A DNA stretch of 64,000 nucleotides, from IMG/VR virus record IMGVR_UViG_3300033146_002242, positions 54,288 to 118,287 of that record; one strand, written 5' to 3'. The translations under genes were made by a program, and so were the position numbers. This document shows, piece by piece, positions 17,882 through 28,338 of the stretch. Under the pieces are notes generated by a model. The model saw only the letters and a program-made list of their open reading frames with translations, was not told the DNA's origin and did no database searches. Source of the DNA: a virus. Positions within the stretch are counted from its first letter, which is position 1; each line of letters opens with the position of its first letter.

Positions 17882-18302
17882 TAATTATTGGTTATATATT
17901 TGTATTGTTATTATTTTGGAAATAAACGTATATACAATTATATCTATTTTTAATAAAAAAAATAATTTAAATTATTCTATTGAAAGACTAAAAATTTTTG
18001 AAAAATATGAAACTTTATTGGCTTTATATACTGAGAAAGCATACCAAGTAATATACAAAGATCATATTATGGTATATTCTGTAGAAGGAATGTCACCAAA
18101 AGAAGAAGATATTGTTGAAATTCAAAAATTATATTTATCATTATTATTAGAAATAATGGGACCTAAATTAGTAAATGAAATGTTGAATTATTATGGCAAT
18201 GATGATGCATTGTATAAAAATGCATTGATTTATTTTGATTCAGAATATGAAAATGATGCTATAAAAAAATCTGCTATTGATAGACAATTATCTCAAGATT
18301 AA
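17871..18302 (+). CDS. protein with N-terminal transmembrane segment
   Basis: hydrophobic N-terminus. Confidence 0.6.
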   Translation: MMIDNYWLYICIVIILEINVYTIISIFNKKNNLNYSIERLKIFEKYETLLALYTEKAYQVIYKDHIMVYSVEGMSPKEEDIVEIQKLYLSLLLEIMGPKLVNEMLNYYGNDDALYKNALIYFDSEYENDAIKKSAIDRQLSQD

Positions 18303-18304
18303 AA

Positions 18305-18547
18305 ATGAACATACAAGAATTTTTAGATATTATACAAGAATCAAAAAAAACATCGAGGCGAGTTGTTACTTATTCAAGAAAAACAAAAATTAAACGTGCA
18401 ACAGGCCAGATGTCAACAGCATTAGCAAGAAAGAAAAATGATCCAATGTATAAACGAATGATTTATCATAAAAAGCAATATCTAAAATTACGAGATGCAT
18501 TACATAGAAGATATGCATCGAAAGTCCGACAACGGGCCAGAAGATAA
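18305..18547 (+). CDS. small very basic head-module protein
   Basis: R/K-rich; adjacent to portal. Confidence 0.6.
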   Translation: MNIQEFLDIIQESKKTSRRVVTYSRKTKIKRATGQMSTALARKKNDPMYKRMIYHKKQYLKLRDALHRRYASKVRQRARR

Positions 18548-18561
18548 GGAATTTATATAAT

Positions 18562-20469
18562 ATGGTTGATTTTAATAAAACATTTAATGATATAAAATCT
18601 TTATTAATTGGGGTAAAAACCACTAATATAGATAATAAACTGGATACATCTATAAAAGATATTTTATCATATAGAAGTAATTCAGGTAGAGTTGGATATA
18701 TAGATTATTTACAAACTCTTATATCTAAATCTGCTACTGGAATTGAGTCATTTAAAAATTTAAATGAGTTAAATTTTGGTGGCACAGGTATGATGGGGCG
18801 TGAACATGGTCAACGAATTGCTCGATATCAAGCATATGAATCTATAACCCAGTATATAAATTATTGCACCAGAGCGTTGGCGGTGTTAGTTGATAATATA
18901 TTATCACCAGATGATATAGATAAAATTGCTTTGAATGTAAAAGAAAAAGATGTTAGTGGTAGTGATGCAGAATCAGATGCAAAAAATAAAGAAATAAAAC
19001 AATTAATAAAAACATTAAATATAGAAAAAAATATTGAGATGCTTGTAAAAACAACATTGCATCATGGTGATTTTTTTGCAGAAATAACTGATACAAAACA
19101 TGTTTTCACGTCCAAAACTATGCTAACAGAAAGTGAAGATATAACTAATTCAAATACTGAAGTTTTTCAGGAATCGATTCAGTATGTTACTGATACTGCT
19201 ATTGATAAAAAAATATTAAATAAAGATTTAAAAGTTATTTTAGATTTTCAATCGATTGATGATATTACAATAGATGATGAAAAGAAATCAAAAGATCATA
19301 AACATATTGCTAGTCAAAATGTAAAAATAGTATACCACAGAGCTAGTCAAGTAGTAAAATTACAAAGTGAATTGTATCCAATTTGTTTTGGTTATTTAGT
19401 ATTTCCAAGATATACTCTTAGACAATCATTATCAGTAGAGGAACAATATATAAATAATATTTGTAAAAAAATATTAGAAGGTATTAAAAAAAGGGGAATT
19501 GAATTAAAAAATTTAGATGCTCAAACAAATGAAGATTTAAAAGATATTATTTCTAAATTTATTAAAAGTTCAAATCTTCATGAGAATATGACCATTCGTT
19601 ATGTGGAACCTGATAAAATGCAACATTTTATGGTTCCAAGTTTAAAATATTACCCATATGGTGAATCAATATTTGATGCATGTCAATTTACTGCAAAACT
19701 TGTTATTTCTTTAGAAACAGCTTTAACAATTCAAAGAATTAGTCGATCTACTGAAAAAAGAAAAATTGCTGTTGAAATTGGGTTGCCACGTGATGCTGCT
19801 AATCTTATTCAAAAAATGAAAGAAGCATTTAAGAAAAGAAAAATTTCAATTGATGATTTTGGAACTGTTGATACTATTCCATCAAATATATCTACATTTG
19901 AAGATGTTTATATACCACAGAAAGATGGTAAACCATTTGTTGAAATTGATTCATTTGATGGAACTGGTCGTGCTGATATATCTGGTAAAACTGATGAAAT
20001 AATGGTGTTGATTTCTCAATTAGTTGCTTCATTAGGTGTGCCTAGACAATTTATTGGAATAGAAGAAAATACAACTTGGAAAAATACATTGTCAGAAGAA
20101 AATATTTTATTTGCTAGAACTATAATTAAACATCAAAAATATTTAAATGAGCAAATAACAGAATTAATTTATAAAGTATATAAAGTAATCGATCCTGATT
20201 TTGCATTAGATTTTAAAGATAGATATGTTATAAGTTTTTCACCACCACAAAGTTTACAATTTGAAAGACAGAGTAAATATATAAGTGATTTAAGTAGTAT
20301 GGTTAGATCACTTGAAGAAATAGGTGTACCAATAGAATATTCAAGAGAAAAATTTATTAATCAGATTGATTGGGTTGAAGTAGCAAATTATAAAACTAAA
20401 TCAAAAATTAATAAATTGACTGGTGAAGAAAATGATGAAGAACAAGGTGGTATGGGAGGAAGTTTTTAA
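18562..20469 (+). CDS. portal protein (T4 gp20-like)
   Basis: YPYGESIFD, LETALTIQRISRSTEKRKIAVEIG, EDVYIP, LGVP motifs; head-module context. Confidence 0.85.
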   Translation: MVDFNKTFNDIKSLLIGVKTTNIDNKLDTSIKDILSYRSNSGRVGYIDYLQTLISKSATGIESFKNLNELNFGGTGMMGREHGQRIARYQAYESITQYINYCTRALAVLVDNILSPDDIDKIALNVKEKDVSGSDAESDAKNKEIKQLIKTLNIEKNIEMLVKTTLHHGDFFAEITDTKHVFTSKTMLTESEDITNSNTEVFQESIQYVTDTAIDKKILNKDLKVILDFQSIDDITIDDEKKSKDHKHIASQNVKIVYHRASQVVKLQSELYPICFGYLVFPRYTLRQSLSVEEQYINNICKKILEGIKKRGIELKNLDAQTNEDLKDIISKFIKSSNLHENMTIRYVEPDKMQHFMVPSLKYYPYGESIFDACQFTAKLVISLETALTIQRISRSTEKRKIAVEIGLPRDAANLIQKMKEAFKKRKISIDDFGTVDTIPSNISTFEDVYIPQKDGKPFVEIDSFDGTGRADISGKTDEIMVLISQLVASLGVPRQFIGIEENTTWKNTLSEENILFARTIIKHQKYLNEQITELIYKVYKVIDPDFALDFKDRYVISFSPPQSLQFERQSKYISDLSSMVRSLEEIGVPIEYSREKFINQIDWVEVANYKTKSKINKLTGEENDEEQGGMGGSF

Positions 20470-21081
20470 ATGATTGATTTAGCAGCTAAAATTAAATATA
20501 TTTTAGAACAACAAAAACCAAAAGAAGATGAAGAAATACCAGATGATCAAATGGATGCACCGCCTAGTGAAGATGAAACTATGCAACCCACTGATAATAC
20601 TGATAATACTGAACCTGTAGAAAATCAAGAACCAATTGAACAGCCACAGCCAGATGAACAACAAATGGGTGATCCAAATCAACAATATGGTGGTGGTATG
20701 GGTGGTGAACAACCAATGTCACCAGATATGGGTGATATGAATGATCCTATGGAAGGACCATCCTTAGAACAAATAGGCAGAAGTTTTGAATTAAAAAGAA
20801 TATATGATAGATTATTATCTATTAGAACACATTTATCTATTTTTGTTGAAGATGAATTCGATGAATTAAAAAAAACAATATCAAAAGCTATTGATTTATT
20901 TGATTTAATGATAAGTAATTATAAACAATATGAAGATAAAATTGATGATATTATTTTATTATATTATAATTTTATTAATGAAATATATGAAATAGCTAAG
21001 AAGAAATATAGAAAATATACTAGAGATAAAAAAAGTCAAAAATCGCCTTTTGAATCAAATATAGATAACGAATTTAAATAA
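20470..21081 (+). CDS. head-module protein with acidic P/Q/G/M-rich N-terminus
   Basis: low-complexity N-half, helical C-half. Confidence 0.6.
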   Translation: MIDLAAKIKYILEQQKPKEDEEIPDDQMDAPPSEDETMQPTDNTDNTEPVENQEPIEQPQPDEQQMGDPNQQYGGGMGGEQPMSPDMGDMNDPMEGPSLEQIGRSFELKRIYDRLLSIRTHLSIFVEDEFDELKKTISKAIDLFDLMISNYKQYEDKIDDIILLYYNFINEIYEIAKKKYRKYTRDKKSQKSPFESNIDNEFK

Positions 21082-21084
21082 AAA

Positions 21085-21717
21085 ATGATAGAATTTTCTG
21101 ATGCAAAGCAGTATTTGCGGTATCCTGGTTTTCGATTTATGAATACTAAAGGGCCGTATTATATTGTATATATGAGTGAAAGTTCTGATTTTATGAAAGA
21201 TAAACCACGATTGAATTTATATTTTTTAGATTTTAAAGATATTATTATTAGAAATACTGTTTTTCCTAGGACTTATTTAACAGGAAGAATGATACAGGAA
21301 TACCGTGAATCAAATTTAATTGCACATAAAAAAAAGAAACAAATTAATAAACAAAAAAATATTATATATGAACCTAATATTTTTTTTGATAAAATTGACA
21401 AAGAATATGAAGAATACCATACATATCGAAATCATAAAAATGGAAAGTTGGTATATAATGAAATTAGGAAAGCCTTTAGTAATATAAGAGGATATCGAAA
21501 AATATTTTTATATGCAGTTGATGTTGATAAATGTAAAAAAGTATATCAAAATAGAAAAATATTTTTGTTTTTTGATGATTTAAAAAATAAAAATATTTAT
21601 TTTGATGATATGATAATGGTTTTATTTAAAAATAATAAAACTATATATAAAATTCTTATTAAAAATAAAGAATATAATTATAATAGAATTTATGAATATA
21701 TTCGATATTTAAAATAA
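21085..21717 (+). CDS. 210-aa protein paralogous to the N-terminal domain of RNAP beta
   Basis: direct alignment with residues 1-210 of ORF 36135-40262. Confidence 0.8.
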   Translation: MIEFSDAKQYLRYPGFRFMNTKGPYYIVYMSESSDFMKDKPRLNLYFLDFKDIIIRNTVFPRTYLTGRMIQEYRESNLIAHKKKKQINKQKNIIYEPNIFFDKIDKEYEEYHTYRNHKNGKLVYNEIRKAFSNIRGYRKIFLYAVDVDKCKKVYQNRKIFLFFDDLKNKNIYFDDMIMVLFKNNKTIYKILIKNKEYNYNRIYEYIRYLK

Positions 21718-21731
21718 TTGGAGTATTAATT

Positions 21732-22418
21732 ATGTCAAAATTTATTATAGAACAAGCAATTATACAAGAAGCAGAAATTGTTAAAACTGATGATAAAAAA
21801 AATAAAGCTATATTTAGGTGTATTATTCAAACAGCAGATGAACCTAATAAAAATAGGCGGGTATACCCAAGATCTGTATTAGAACAAGGTATGAATGATT
21901 GTAAAGAAAGAATGAAAGCAAGAGCTTTTTTAAGTGAATTAGACCATCCAATTCCATCTGGTAATAGACAATTTGATGCTATTAGACAAACATCAGTAAT
22001 GTTAGATGAAGTATGTCATATGATTACTGATTATCAATTTGAAGGGAATTTATTAAAAGCTGAAATGGAAACAACCTTAACACCCAAAGGATATATTTTA
22101 TATGGTCTTTTAAAAGATAGATCTGGTATAGGATTTTCTATGAGAGGTATGGGTGATTTGCAAATGGTGGCTGGTTATAAAAGTGTAAAATCACCTTTGA
22201 CTATTATATGTTATGATGCAGTTTCAAGACCATCTCATAAAGCAGCTGTGGTTGATTTTAATAATATGAAATTTGAATCTGAACAATTGTGTAATTTAAA
22301 TACTTTAACTGAATCAGATAATGGTTTAATTTGTTGTGGTAATCAATGTTATTTACCAAATTATTTTGATAAATTAGTCGAATCAAGATTAATTAAATTT
22401 TTTGATAAATGGGTGTAA
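21732..22418 (+). CDS. prohead core protease (T4 gp21-like)
   Basis: NKNRRVYP, ELDHP (His), GFSMRGMG (Ser), YDAVSRPS. Confidence 0.9.
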   Translation: MSKFIIEQAIIQEAEIVKTDDKKNKAIFRCIIQTADEPNKNRRVYPRSVLEQGMNDCKERMKARAFLSELDHPIPSGNRQFDAIRQTSVMLDEVCHMITDYQFEGNLLKAEMETTLTPKGYILYGLLKDRSGIGFSMRGMGDLQMVAGYKSVKSPLTIICYDAVSRPSHKAAVVDFNNMKFESEQLCNLNTLTESDNGLICCGNQCYLPNYFDKLVESRLIKFFDKWV

Positions 22419-22443
22419 AATAAATTAGTCAAGGAGAATTGAA

Positions 22444-22743
22444 ATGGAAGTAAGAATAGCTAGTCAAGTGGCTGAATTTAATAAAAGTTTAGATGATAAA
22501 TACAGATTAAAAGAAATAATCAGAGAAATACATGATGTGTGCATATCTGATATTCATTTTCAAAATGATCAACTTCAAAAAATTATTGATGATTTAGAAA
22601 AATCAAAAGAAGCTATCAAATCAAAAAAGATTGTTTTAAATGAATCAATTAAAGCTGTTGATGAAATAAAAAAACGAAATACACAATTAGAAATTTTTAT
22701 AGATGAAACAAGGGAAAAATTATTAGAAGATTTAATGGGATAA
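22444..22743 (+). CDS. coiled-coil hypothetical protein
   Basis: AGGAG RBS. Confidence 0.65.
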   Translation: MEVRIASQVAEFNKSLDDKYRLKEIIREIHDVCISDIHFQNDQLQKIIDDLEKSKEAIKSKKIVLNESIKAVDEIKKRNTQLEIFIDETREKLLEDLMG

Positions 22744-22757
22744 ACGAGGATTAGATT

Positions 22758-23177
22758 ATGATAACCAAAATAACGAATATTAGTGATGTTAATTTATATG
22801 TTGTCGACCCAATAAAAGCAAAAGAGAATCTTGCAACAAATATTATTTCTTTAATGGGACCAATGGTAGATGAAACTATTAGAGAAAGAAAAGAAAATTT
22901 AAAAAAGAATAATCGTCAATTAAAAATGATAGTAAATAATATTGATGAAATGAAAGAGCAATTACAGAATTTAGTTAATAAGTACAAAAGATTAAAATTA
23001 AAAAAATCTTTATTAGAAATTATTGATAAATTAATTTCATCTGGTCTTATTTATCAGAGTACATTAACAGTCGAAGTTAAACAAATTTTGATGAATATTG
23101 ATAAATTGAAAGAAAAAGAATTAACAATATATTATAAAAAATTATCTCTTGTGTTAGATAAGGAGTCTAACACTTAA
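22758..23177 (+). CDS. coiled-coil hypothetical protein
   Basis: GAGG RBS. Confidence 0.65.
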   Translation: MITKITNISDVNLYVVDPIKAKENLATNIISLMGPMVDETIRERKENLKKNNRQLKMIVNNIDEMKEQLQNLVNKYKRLKLKKSLLEIIDKLISSGLIYQSTLTVEVKQILMNIDKLKEKELTIYYKKLSLVLDKESNT

Positions 23178-23223
23178 AGATGGTATGCTTTAATATCATC
23201 TCCATTTTCTCTCCTTTCTCCTT

Positions 23224-23264
23224 ATCTCCCCCTTTTGATAGGTGTCAGTCAAAAGGGGGAGATA
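23224..23264. terminator. hairpin/terminator ending the head operon
   Basis: ATCTCCCCCTTTT ... AAAAGGGGGAGAT. Confidence 0.6.
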
Positions 23265-23291
23265 TCTTTGTTATTGTAAAATCATATCTTT

Positions 23292-23302
23292 GCTATATAT
23301 AT
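23292..23302 (+). promoter_or_regulatory. GCTATATATAT candidate promoter motif
   Basis: exact copies at 41178 and 60156; variants at 4907, 24737, 27171 and minus strand 27130-27141. Confidence 0.45.
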
Positions 23303-23358
23303 CAATAATTGTTATGAGTATTTTATATATTATTTTATAAACAAAAAAGGGGGTTATA

Positions 23359-23679
23359 ATGGATGATAGTGAAAGATGGTATTATATAAAAAAAGGTAGA
23401 AGATATGAACGAGTTGAGATGTGGTGTGGATTTCCAACTGATGGAGTCTGGATTGTAAAAAATGCACCGGGTGTAAAATCATCTAGACTTATGTTGCAAT
23501 TAACATCTGATCCATATCATATACATGACATAATTAATAAAGCAATTACAAAAGATAAAATTGCTGAATTAGTTATAGATGTTTTTTCAAGAAAAGTAGA
23601 AAAAGCAAGATCCGTGGCAGATATAGCTGATGAAGTAGGGGAGAAAATATGGGATGCTTTGCAAGAGGAGAATAATTGA
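23359..23679 (+). CDS. hypothetical protein
   Basis: ORF track. Confidence 0.6.
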   Translation: MDDSERWYYIKKGRRYERVEMWCGFPTDGVWIVKNAPGVKSSRLMLQLTSDPYHIHDIINKAITKDKIAELVIDVFSRKVEKARSVADIADEVGEKIWDALQEENN

Positions 23680-24413
23680 TGACAAGTTTGGGAGATAGAA
23701 TGAAAGGGTATGAGAAAACTTTTTCTCATAAATTAATGAAACGAAACCCAATTATTATTAGATTAGATGGTAAAGCGTTTCATACTTTTACAAATTATTT
23801 AAAAAAGCCATTTGATTATCGTTTTATTATCAGAATGATAATGGCTGCAAAAAACACATGTAATCAAATACAAGGGTTTAAATGTGCTTATGTACAAAGT
23901 GATGAAATTTCTATATTGTGTACTGATTATGATAAATTAGAAACAGAAGGATGGTTTGATTACAAAATTCAAAAAATAGCTTCTATTTCAGCTGCATTTA
24001 TGTCGGTTGAATTTATAAATAATGATTTTATAAGAAATGTTATACAAAAATACCATATTAATAATTTACCTGTTTTTGATTCAAGAGTATTTTCAATCCC
24101 AAAAGATGAAGTTGTTAATTATTTTTTATGGAGATCTAGAGATTGGAAAAGAAATAGTATTCAAATGTATGCAAGAAAATTTTTTTCACATAAGGAATTG
24201 CAAAAAAAGAAACAGGAGGATATACATGAGATGTTACATAAAATAGGAAAAAATTGGACAACTGATTTATCAAATACTATTAAAAATGGAACATTTTTTA
24301 AAAAATATGATAACATAGAAGAAAATCAAACATATCGTTCTAAATATTATACTTCTAATATAGTTATGCCAACATATGAGTCAATATCTATTTTTATGGA
24401 AGGTTTGTTTTAA
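23676..24413 (+). CDS. thg1: tRNA(His) guanylyltransferase Thg1-like protein
   Basis: IIRLDGKAFHTF, YVQSDEISIL, FDSRVF, NSIQM motifs. Confidence 0.9.
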   Translation: MMTSLGDRMKGYEKTFSHKLMKRNPIIIRLDGKAFHTFTNYLKKPFDYRFIIRMIMAAKNTCNQIQGFKCAYVQSDEISILCTDYDKLETEGWFDYKIQKIASISAAFMSVEFINNDFIRNVIQKYHINNLPVFDSRVFSIPKDEVVNYFLWRSRDWKRNSIQMYARKFFSHKELQKKKQEDIHEMLHKIGKNWTTDLSNTIKNGTFFKKYDNIEENQTYRSKYYTSNIVMPTYESISIFMEGLF

Positions 24414-24434
24414 ATAAAAAGAAGAAAATATAAA

Positions 24435-24623
24435 ATGGATAAAAATTTTGATACATCAAAATTGGGGTTTATTAAATGTTTATTTAAACCTGATTATACT
24501 ACATGTGATAAATGTAATAAATCTCATAAACAATTATATTATAGAAGAATATCATTTGAAGATGGTGAATATTACTGTTATGATTGTATATTAAAAGAAA
24601 AAGAATTATGTGAATTTGAATGA
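24435..24623 (+). CDS. small zinc-finger protein
   Basis: CDKC...CYDC. Confidence 0.55.
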   Translation: MDKNFDTSKLGFIKCLFKPDYTTCDKCNKSHKQLYYRRISFEDGEYYCYDCILKEKELCEFE

Positions 24624-24642
24624 AAAGTAGGTAAATAGGTAT

Positions 24643-24719
<77 letters not shown>

Positions 24720-24815
24720 TAAATAAAAAGGTATTTGTTATATATAAAAATGAAGAAATTGTACATAAAAAATTGTATTATTTTAATAACCGAAAAATAT
24801 ATAGGAGATTCCTAA

Positions 24816-25025
24816 ATGTTTAACTCAACACCATATATATTTTCAAGTTTGAAAGCAACTGATTTTATTTGTAAAGGATATTCAATTGAAACGGGAAAAA
24901 AATGGGTCCCTGTTGTAAAAACATTGACTGATGATAATGGTATGAAAAAAATATATCGCCCTTGTTGTGTAGATGATCTGGACGAAGCTTCAAAAGATTT
25001 TCAATACCATCAAGTAAATTTATAA
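24816..25025 (+). CDS. hypothetical protein
   Basis: AGGAG RBS. Confidence 0.55.
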   Translation: MFNSTPYIFSSLKATDFICKGYSIETGKKWVPVVKTLTDDNGMKKIYRPCCVDDLDEASKDFQYHQVNL

Positions 25026-25033
25026 TAACAAAA

Positions 25034-25138
25034 ACATGCCAAAACACCTTATATATATTATATAAGGTGTTTTGGCATGTAGATGAACTATATTATTTTT
25101 TTTATTTATTATTTAAGATCACATCTTAAATAATAAAT
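25034..25138. repeat. two adjacent perfect inverted repeats (22 bp and 16 bp arms, 3-nt loops)
   Basis: 25034-55/25059-80 and 25104-19/25123-38. Confidence 0.9.
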
Positions 25139-25269
25139 GTACTTTGTATATAATAATTTTTATATAACTTCATTTTTTATTTTTTCTGGGAACATAAAAT
25201 TGAATAGAAATATTGAGTGTAGAAAAGTTCTACTTTTATTTAATTTTATATGTTTTTGGAGGAAATAAA

Positions 25270-26724
25270 ATGATGAAACATATCTTAACAGAAGCATATA
25301 AGACCACTCGTAAGTTAACGGGTATCGATCCATCGAAGCCTGGTAACATCAAGCAGGTCTTATATAATGATGATGCCTTCAATATTTTCGTTGAAGGTTT
25401 ATCAGAAAGTATTGAAAACGTGAATCAGAAGGAAGGTTTTAAAACTCTGTGTGAAAACACTCGTATTAACCTTCTGGAAAATTCAATGTTCCAAATTAAC
25501 CCTTATGAATCACTGACTCTTCCAGTTCTTCGTGTTTTTTATCCGAAACTCGTAGCCAAAGAAGCTGTTACTGTTTCACCTATTGATAAGCCAGAGTGCA
25601 TTAAGCCATATCTGACTGCTACATTTGAAAAACACGGTTCTGCTACTAAATATGCTGCTCCGTCTATCACCGAAGATATTTCAAATGGTCCCGGTCTTTC
25701 AACACCTACTTCTGCTAATATTCCTGTTCCGCAGCAAAGTTTTGATTTACTGGCTCTTCTGTCATTAACTTCTGATGAAGTTCATGTCGAAAGAGATTTT
25801 ACTATTGTTGCTGTGCATGATGGTAGTGGTAATGTTGTTAATGTTAATGTTGAACCCGCTGTTGAAGGTCACTTTTCATTTTCAGTTACCGTTAATGGTG
25901 CTGATGATGTTATTTCTGGTCATGTGGACTATCTGAATGGTACTGTCACCGTTGCTTCTGCTACTGGTGTTGTTACTGCTGTCGATGCTGATTTTACATG
26001 TTCACTGGAAGAAAATATGGTCAATCCAAAAGTCAACTTAAAAGTTGATAAGGTTCGTCTGTATGCCAAAGACCGTGAAATCTCGGCCAATTGGTCAATC
26101 CATATGGAACAGGATATGAAAGCTTTATTCGATCTTTCGATGCAAGCTGAGATTGTTTCTGTTCTTGGTCAGCAGATTGCCCTTGATATTGACCGTGAAA
26201 TTATCACATCTCTGATTACTGCTAACTCAAGTCTGAACCCTGCTTCCCATACCCGGACATTCAATAGAACTGCACCGGCTTCTTTCACATGGGGTCAGAA
26301 AGCTTGGCATGAAAACATTCTTGTTGATATGAACTTACTGTCAGCTCAGGTTTACACTGATACCAACATTGACCAAGCTAATACTGTTTTAGCTAATCCG
26401 GTTGATGTTGCCATTCTTGAAGATATCAATACTTTCCGCTATTCTGGTACTTCGAGTGAAAATGGTGAACTTGGTTTCCGTGAAGCTACTGTCAATGGTG
26501 GAAAATGGAAAGTTCTGACTAGTTCAGTTGTTCCTGCTGGTGAAATGGTTATGGTTTATAAGCCTGTCGAAGAGATTAAATGTATTTATCTCTACTGTCC
26601 ATATGTGCCAGTTGTTCTTAGCCCCTATCCTCTGGGTGCAACTCCTTCACTGACCATTCTTAGCCGTAATGCTAATGCAATGGTTAGAAGTGCTGGTATT
26701 GCCTCACTCAAGATTGGACCCTAG
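25270..26724 (+). CDS. major capsid protein (T4 gp23-like, HK97 fold)
   Basis: AKDREISANWSIHMEQDMKAL..L...AEI..VLGQQIALDIDREII and YCPYVP motifs; GGAGG RBS before ATG 25270. Confidence 0.9.
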   Translation: MMKHILTEAYKTTRKLTGIDPSKPGNIKQVLYNDDAFNIFVEGLSESIENVNQKEGFKTLCENTRINLLENSMFQINPYESLTLPVLRVFYPKLVAKEAVTVSPIDKPECIKPYLTATFEKHGSATKYAAPSITEDISNGPGLSTPTSANIPVPQQSFDLLALLSLTSDEVHVERDFTIVAVHDGSGNVVNVNVEPAVEGHFSFSVTVNGADDVISGHVDYLNGTVTVASATGVVTAVDADFTCSLEENMVNPKVNLKVDKVRLYAKDREISANWSIHMEQDMKALFDLSMQAEIVSVLGQQIALDIDREIITSLITANSSLNPASHTRTFNRTAPASFTWGQKAWHENILVDMNLLSAQVYTDTNIDQANTVLANPVDVAILEDINTFRYSGTSSENGELGFREATVNGGKWKVLTSSVVPAGEMVMVYKPVEEIKCIYLYCPYVPVVLSPYPLGATPSLTILSRNANAMVRSAGIASLKIGP

Positions 26725-26772
26725 TATTTAATTAAGCCTCCCCACAATCCTCCTTGTTTGGTTGGTGGTTGA

Positions 26773-26815
26773 GCCCCTCATTCCCTATTAGCCGGGGAAT
26801 GAGGGGCGCTTTTTT
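26773..26815 (+). terminator. intrinsic terminator after capsid gene
   Basis: GCCCCTCATTCCC/GGGAATGAGGGGC + T-run. Confidence 0.85.
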
Positions 26816-26820
26816 CGTCC

Positions 26821-26863
26821 AAAAAAAAAGAAAAATGATAGCGGTTTTATTATCCGCTATCAT
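26821..26863 (-). terminator. minus-strand terminator for the 26872-27084 gene
   Basis: ATGATAGCGG/CCGCTATCAT with an A-run on its left. Confidence 0.7.
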
Positions 26864-26871
26864 GTTTAATT

Positions 26872-27084
26872 TTAGTAGATGATATAGGGAGTAGCTCCCA
26901 ATACCTTAACACAATAGAAGTTGATTAATTTCACTGCCCAAATGGCAATGTCCCATGACCATATTGGAAGATCTGGGATATGATTGTACAATACCCCCAC
27001 ACTTTTGATTAACATTACATCCCATACCATCGATGCAATGATAATCAAAAGACCACTTTTCCACCCTAAGTTATGTCCTTTCAT
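26872..27084 (-). CDS. small membrane protein, only convincing minus-strand gene
   Basis: AAGGAGGTGTC-ATG RBS on minus strand, hydrophobic, own terminator and TATA motif. Confidence 0.7.
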   Translation of the reverse strand: MKGHNLGWKSGLLIIIASMVWDVMLIKSVGVLYNHIPDLPIWSWDIAIWAVKLINFYCVKVLGATPYIIY

Positions 27085-27224
27085 GACACCTCCTTTTAAG
27101 GGTTTAAAATGTAGTCTTCTCTATAAATCAATATATATAGTTTTATGTGATATTTTAAAAAATAAAACGAGTTATATATATTTATTTGCAGTAAACAAGT
27201 TTAATTTTTAGTTAAGGAGGATAT

Positions 27225-27521
27225 ATGGAAACCAGAATAAAAAGAAGAAGCAGGTTTGAATATAGGCGGTGGTCGGGAGGGAAGAATCCTGAAATTCTTT
27301 CCGATGATTTGTTAGCTTGTCCACATTTGGCAGCTCAAAAAGGGTGGCTGGATAATGAAAAAGTTGATCGGAGGAATCATCTTTTTCTGGATGTTTATCA
27401 ATTGATTGTTAAGGCTGGTATGCTGGATCATGAAAATGGTCCGTGTAGTGGCAACATCCAGTCGTTGGATCTTATTTGGACTCTGTTCACCAATATGAGG
27501 TTTAACCCGAATAGTAAGTAA
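27225..27521 (+). CDS. hypothetical protein
   Basis: AAGGAGG RBS. Confidence 0.65.
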   Translation: METRIKRRSRFEYRRWSGGKNPEILSDDLLACPHLAAQKGWLDNEKVDRRNHLFLDVYQLIVKAGMLDHENGPCSGNIQSLDLIWTLFTNMRFNPNSK

Positions 27522-27654
27522 TAACCGCACACCAACGCGGTATAAAAGAGGTCGCAGAACTAAAACTGCGAAAACAAATTTAGATTTCCGAAAAAGGGTT
27601 AGGAAATAAAAGAAATACCCTATATAACTCTTTCTTAATAGAAGGAGCATTATT

Positions 27655-28338
27655 ATGGCCGATATAATTAATGAAAAGAACCAAAAACAAGAGTACAACA
27701 AAGAAGATTTCCCTGTTTTCTTTAAAGGGGCATCTTCCTACGTATTTCCTGCTATTGGTGGTGGTATTGAAGAAATTGCCACCATCACAGAAGTATGGAG
27801 AGGGGCTGATTATGAGGCCAAGAAAGCGATGGCCGAAACATGGGAAAATGTATTTAAATGGGCTGCAGAAATTGCAGCCAAACATAATCTGGTATTTGGG
27901 CGGTTGTTTGGAAAACCGTCTGAAGATGATTTTGTATGTGAAACCTGTCACGGGACAGGGTTTTATCTCAGGTGGGAAATTGCACCACCTGCTGAAAGGG
28001 AATGCCCCGAATGCCGAGGCACCGGGTATCAAATTTCTCGGTGCAATAGATGTGGTGGCACGGGGGACAATGGCGAATGTCCCACCTGCCGTGGTACTGG
28101 TTTTTTCATTTATTGGAAGAGGCCATGTAAAGTGTGTGGCATTGTATCCCCGTCTGGTAACAGAATTCGAGGAATTGGTAAAATTTATATCCCTCAACGA
28201 AGGGTGAAATTTATTACAACCTGTTCAAAGTGTGGGGGATGGGGGTCCCGCCACATCACTAAAAATCCGTTTATGTCAGAGGGTGTGTTGACAGCACGCC
28301 CCCGCATTAAAACGGAAATGGAAACGGAAACGGATTAA
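27655..28338 (+). CDS. DnaJ-type CxxCxGxG zinc-finger repeat protein without J-domain
   Basis: CETCHGTG, CPECRGTG, CNRCGGTG, CPTCRGTG, CKVCG, CSKCGGWG. Confidence 0.8.
   Translation: MADIINEKNQKQEYNKEDFPVFFKGASSYVFPAIGGGIEEIATITEVWRGADYEAKKAMAETWENVFKWAAEIAAKHNLVFGRLFGKPSEDDFVCETCHGTGFYLRWEIAPPAERECPECRGTGYQISRCNRCGGTGDNGECPTCRGTGFFIYWKRPCKVCGIVSPSGNRIRGIGKIYIPQRRVKFITTCSKCGGWGSRHITKNPFMSEGVLTARPRIKTEMETETD

Noticed and set aside
25270-26724. Higher GC and distinct codon use of the capsid gene as horizontal transfer
   Set aside because: More simply explained by translational selection on the most highly expressed gene.
27580-28207. Long overlapping ORFs 27671-28207 (+) and 27580-28197 (-) as dual coding
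   Set aside because: Explained by locally higher GC and stop-codon scarcity over the zinc-finger gene, which has the RBS and clear motifs.
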